A stretch of DNA of 30,317 nt from Cyanophyceae cyanobacterium. GTDB lineage: Bacteria; Cyanobacteriota; Cyanobacteriia; Cyanobacteriales; JBHJGN01. Below are positions 27,558 through 30,317 of the stretch, piece after piece. Where the stretch lies: assembly GCA_050331735.1 (NCBI GenBank), contig JBHJGN010000053.1, positions 1 through 30,317 on the forward strand, given 5' to 3'. A program made the position numbers and the translations under genes. How positions within the stretch are numbered: position 1 is the first letter of the stretch; every line of letters starts with the position of its first letter. Below the pieces are notes generated by a model. The model did not search any database, was not told the origin of the DNA, and saw only the letters and a list, made by a program, of their open reading frames with translations.

Positions 27558-27624
27558 ATGCTCGAACTTAGTTCTAGCACTGCGTCTTTCTCAAAGCAAA
27601 AGCCTTACAGTGGTGTTGCTTGCA

Positions 27625-27671
27625 AGCCATCGGAGGTTCTGAGTCGGTGGGCGCTGGAACCTCCGATGGCT
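27625..27671. other. perfect 15-bp inverted repeat (strong hairpin), function unknown
   Basis: AGCCATCGGAGGTTC-N17-GAACCTCCGATGGCT, with a T-rich stretch about 10-20 nt downstream. Confidence 0.7.
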
Positions 27672-28157
27672 AACCTTTGAGTTTGTTTTTTGTCTTGAGG
27701 CTATAGATTAGCGATAGAAGAGAACAACAGCGATCGCCTCTCATAGCCAGACAGGGTGACCGATTGTGCTTATTCGCTGAGGACGCAACTGCTGAGCAAA
27801 ATCGCTTCCTGCTCAGCTTCATCTGTAGCTTTTGCTGTGCTGAACTTAATCTGTGAAACTACTCTATAAACTTAAAAGCAAGCCTCTCAAGTAATATTCC
27901 GCAATTTCCACGATTTACACCGCTTTTAGGTGGGCCTATCTTGTGAAAGACACATCATCTGCTCAACAGCGTTAGTTTTCAAGTTTTTAGCTCCAAGATA
28001 GCAGTCGAGAACGATGCAATTCAATTGGCATCGCTAAGCTTGTCCGCACATCTTGCCTTGATGGTAAGTGCTGTCGAACGGTTGTGCCTGCATTGGTCAT
28101 GTAGACGCAACGAGTAGATAAATAATTTTTAAGCACAAAATAGCAAGGATATTTTGC

Positions 28158-30317
28158 ATGGGAAATACAGTTGGCATTGATTTAGGAACAACAAATTCAG
28201 TCGGTGCTTTTAAACTGGCTGACGTTGAGGTAGTAACTGCTCCTGATAATACTCCTCCTGAGCGAAAGTTAACGCGCTCTGTGGTGGCATTTGCTCAGAA
28301 CCAACTGGTAGTAGGGGAAGAGGCTTATCGTCAGCTCAAGGCTGAACCAGAAAACGTGATTGTTTCTATTAAACGTTTGATAGGACGTGGCTTTGGGGAC
28401 GCTGTAGTTCAAAAGCATTTGTCTCGCTTCGGCTATCGGGTTACTCAGTCAACTCAGGGAACCGAGAATAGCATGTCGGTTTGGCTTGGCGGCAAAGAGT
28501 ATACCCCAGAAGATATTTCTGCCGAAATCCTTAAAAAAGTGTTGCAGAATGCTCAAAACTATCAGAGCCAGAGAGGGCAAAGAAGTGCAATTTCTGAGGC
28601 AGTCATTACTGTTCCGGCTTACTTCAACGACCAGCAAAGACACGCGACTCAAATTGCTGCTCAAATTGCTGGTTTAAGCACAACTGAACTTCTTCCTGAA
28701 CCAACCGCCGCCGCTATTTCCTACGGTTTTAAACCAGATGCAGATAACGCCCAAACTATTCTTGTTTACGACTTTGGTGGCGGTACTTTTGACTCTTGTG
28801 TAATCACTACGACAGGAAGCGAGTTCATTGAAGTGGGGAAAGCAGGGGATTTGTGGCTTGGTGGCGACGATATTGACAATCGCATCACTCAATTTGTCAA
28901 GCAGCAAGTAGCGGCAGAAGAAGGATTAGAGGATGTTGATAAACTCGTTGCCCAAATGCCCCATTACCAACGAGTTCGTTTTCTTGGCGATCTGAAGATG
29001 GCGGTAGAGCGAGCCAAAGTTGAGTTGAGTAGCGCTAATTCGGCTCGCATTATGCCGTCAACGCCTCTGCTCGATGATTTGGGCATGGCTGTAGCCATTG
29101 ATGTAGAGATTACTCGCGAACAGTTCGAGCAGATGATTTTGCCTTTTGTAGAACGTTCCGTCGCTGTTTGCCAGGAGGCCATTAAAGATTCTGACCATCC
29201 AGCCGACATGATCAATGTCGTTCTGCTGGTAGGAGGTTCATCTCAAATTCCTCTAGTGCAGCGCCTCGTTCGTGAAGCTTTTGGTGCCGACAAAGTTGTA
29301 GTTCATCCTCGCCCCATGTATGCGGTGGCTGAGGGAGCAGCGATTGTTGCTGCTGGACTCACGGAGAAAGTTATGACCGTCTCCCGCGACTATTTTATTG
29401 AACTAGTCGATGAGCCAAGACACAAGCTCGTTGAAAAAGGCGATGTCCTTCCGGTTAAGAAGGCTCGTACTTTCAGGACGGAAGCTGATGGACAACGCCT
29501 GATTCACTTTAAGTTTTATAGTCCAGATCAGGTGAGTGAGTCGTTAGACAAAACTAAGCGAGATGAAAGGATTGGAGAGATGTGGCTAGCACTCGATCAA
29601 CCCTATCCCCAAGGAACAGAAGTGTTAGTTACGGCAGAGTTAGACGAGAAAAACAGCTCCTTGCAAATTACGGCTGCTCTAAAAAATAATCCTTCGATTA
29701 GAGTAAGCTGTTCCTTCTCGCGGGGCGGAGAAGATGAAAAAATCGCTCAACAAGTAGAGCAAATTATTCAAGACCTTAATCAGGAAGGGCAACTAACAGA
29801 AAAGGGAGTTCAAGAAGCTTACACACTTGCTGGTGAAGCTGTTGACGCGGCAAACCAAACTCGGAATCAAAACGGACAAGTGCAAGCTGACCGCCTCGAT
29901 TTCGCTCAAGAAAAGTTGAAAGAGTTAGAGCGGTTTGCCTCTGAAGACTACCATCTCGCTCAAAGTTATCTATCCGCGTTTGAATTTGTACTTGAAGAAT
30001 GTGATTTTCTCCTACCTGATGCACAGCAGCAACGCATACGAAGTCTGTGTAGCCAATTAGAAGAAGCGATCGCCACCAACAATCTCTCCGCGATTCAAAA
30101 GCTTTCAGAAGATGCGCAGCGAGAACTTAAAAATCTTCCTGAACCTGTCAAGCTGATTTTGATGTGCAAAGATGCTATTTCGAGAGCGTATCAAGTTGCG
30201 CCTACTCAAGCAAACGCAATGGCAAGTAAATTATCACAAATAGTCGCGGCACTCAAGCGTCAGGATGGGTATGAGGCGGAGCGATTATTCCAGGAATTAC
30301 TCGTAGATATGCGTCCT
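28158..30317 (+). CDS. non-canonical Hsp70/DnaK-family protein, 3'-truncated by window end (720 codons visible)
   Basis: Absent from the ORF track because no stop falls in the window. VGIDLGTTNS, SIKRLIGR, AVITVPAYFND.QR, EPTAAA.SYG, VYDFGGGTFD, LGGDDID, E.AK.ELS, LLVGGSSQIP, AVAEGAA. Confidence 0.92.
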   Translation, partial: MGNTVGIDLGTTNSVGAFKLADVEVVTAPDNTPPERKLTRSVVAFAQNQLVVGEEAYRQLKAEPENVIVSIKRLIGRGFGDAVVQKHLSRFGYRVTQSTQGTENSMSVWLGGKEYTPEDISAEILKKVLQNAQNYQSQRGQRSAISEAVITVPAYFNDQQRHATQIAAQIAGLSTTELLPEPTAAAISYGFKPDADNAQTILVYDFGGGTFDSCVITTTGSEFIEVGKAGDLWLGGDDIDNRITQFVKQQVAAEEGLEDVDKLVAQMPHYQRVRFLGDLKMAVERAKVELSSANSARIMPSTPLLDDLGMAVAIDVEITREQFEQMILPFVERSVAVCQEAIKDSDHPADMINVVLLVGGSSQIPLVQRLVREAFGADKVVVHPRPMYAVAEGAAIVAAGLTEKVMTVSRDYFIELVDEPRHKLVEKGDVLPVKKARTFRTEADGQRLIHFKFYSPDQVSESLDKTKRDERIGEMWLALDQPYPQGTEVLVTAELDEKNSSLQITAALKNNPSIRVSCSFSRGGEDEKIAQQVEQIIQDLNQEGQLTEKGVQEAYTLAGEAVDAANQTRNQNGQVQADRLDFAQEKLKELERFASEDYHLAQSYLSAFEFVLEECDFLLPDAQQQRIRSLCSQLEEAIATNNLSAIQKLSEDAQRELKNLPEPVKLILMCKDAISRAYQVAPTQANAMASKLSQIVAALKRQDGYEAERLFQELLVDMRP

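Larger units (their letters stand above)
1058..30073. repeat. HIP1 octamer GCGATCGC, dispersed
   Basis: Seen at 1058, 1513, 1674, 4911, 4968, 9325, 12787, 14683, 18219, 20066, 23728, 23853, 25039, 25700, 26938, 27730 and 30066 (manual count, may be incomplete). Confidence 0.9.

Noticed and set aside
27742..27870. Short minus-strand frame (...ATDEAEQEAIFAQQLRPQ...)
   Set aside because: No clear start or recognisable homology.

Overview
Chromosomal window from a beta-cyanobacterium (form IB RuBisCO, ccm carboxysome genes, at least 17 HIP1 GCGATCGC sites). The core (9.4-23.3 kb) is a CO2-concentrating 'superlocus': mcdB-mcdA and cupB-ndhD4-ndhF4 on the minus strand, divergent from ccmK2-K1-L-M-N and rbcL-rbcX-rbcS, with no ccmO. 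CcmM has five small-subunit-like domains. Housekeeping genes are bioB, mnmH/selU, pgk, a USP and fmt. The left flank (1-4.8 kb) is a decaying accessory island. It holds an IS630 end and an intact hicAB between two diverged paralogous pieces of a replication-initiator-like gene; that gene carries an internal 6 x 16-bp iteron-like array plus an AT-rich tract. It also holds a nonsense-interrupted sulfotransferase and IS1 and PIN remnants. The right flank has an EVE remnant, an AT-rich glycosyltransferase, an IS5 remnant, a USP, and a MarR/membrane-protein pair sharing a candidate operator. It ends with a non-canonical Hsp70 gene (over 720 aa) that is missing from the ORF track and runs off the window. 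All family calls come from motif recognition by eye; no database searches were run.
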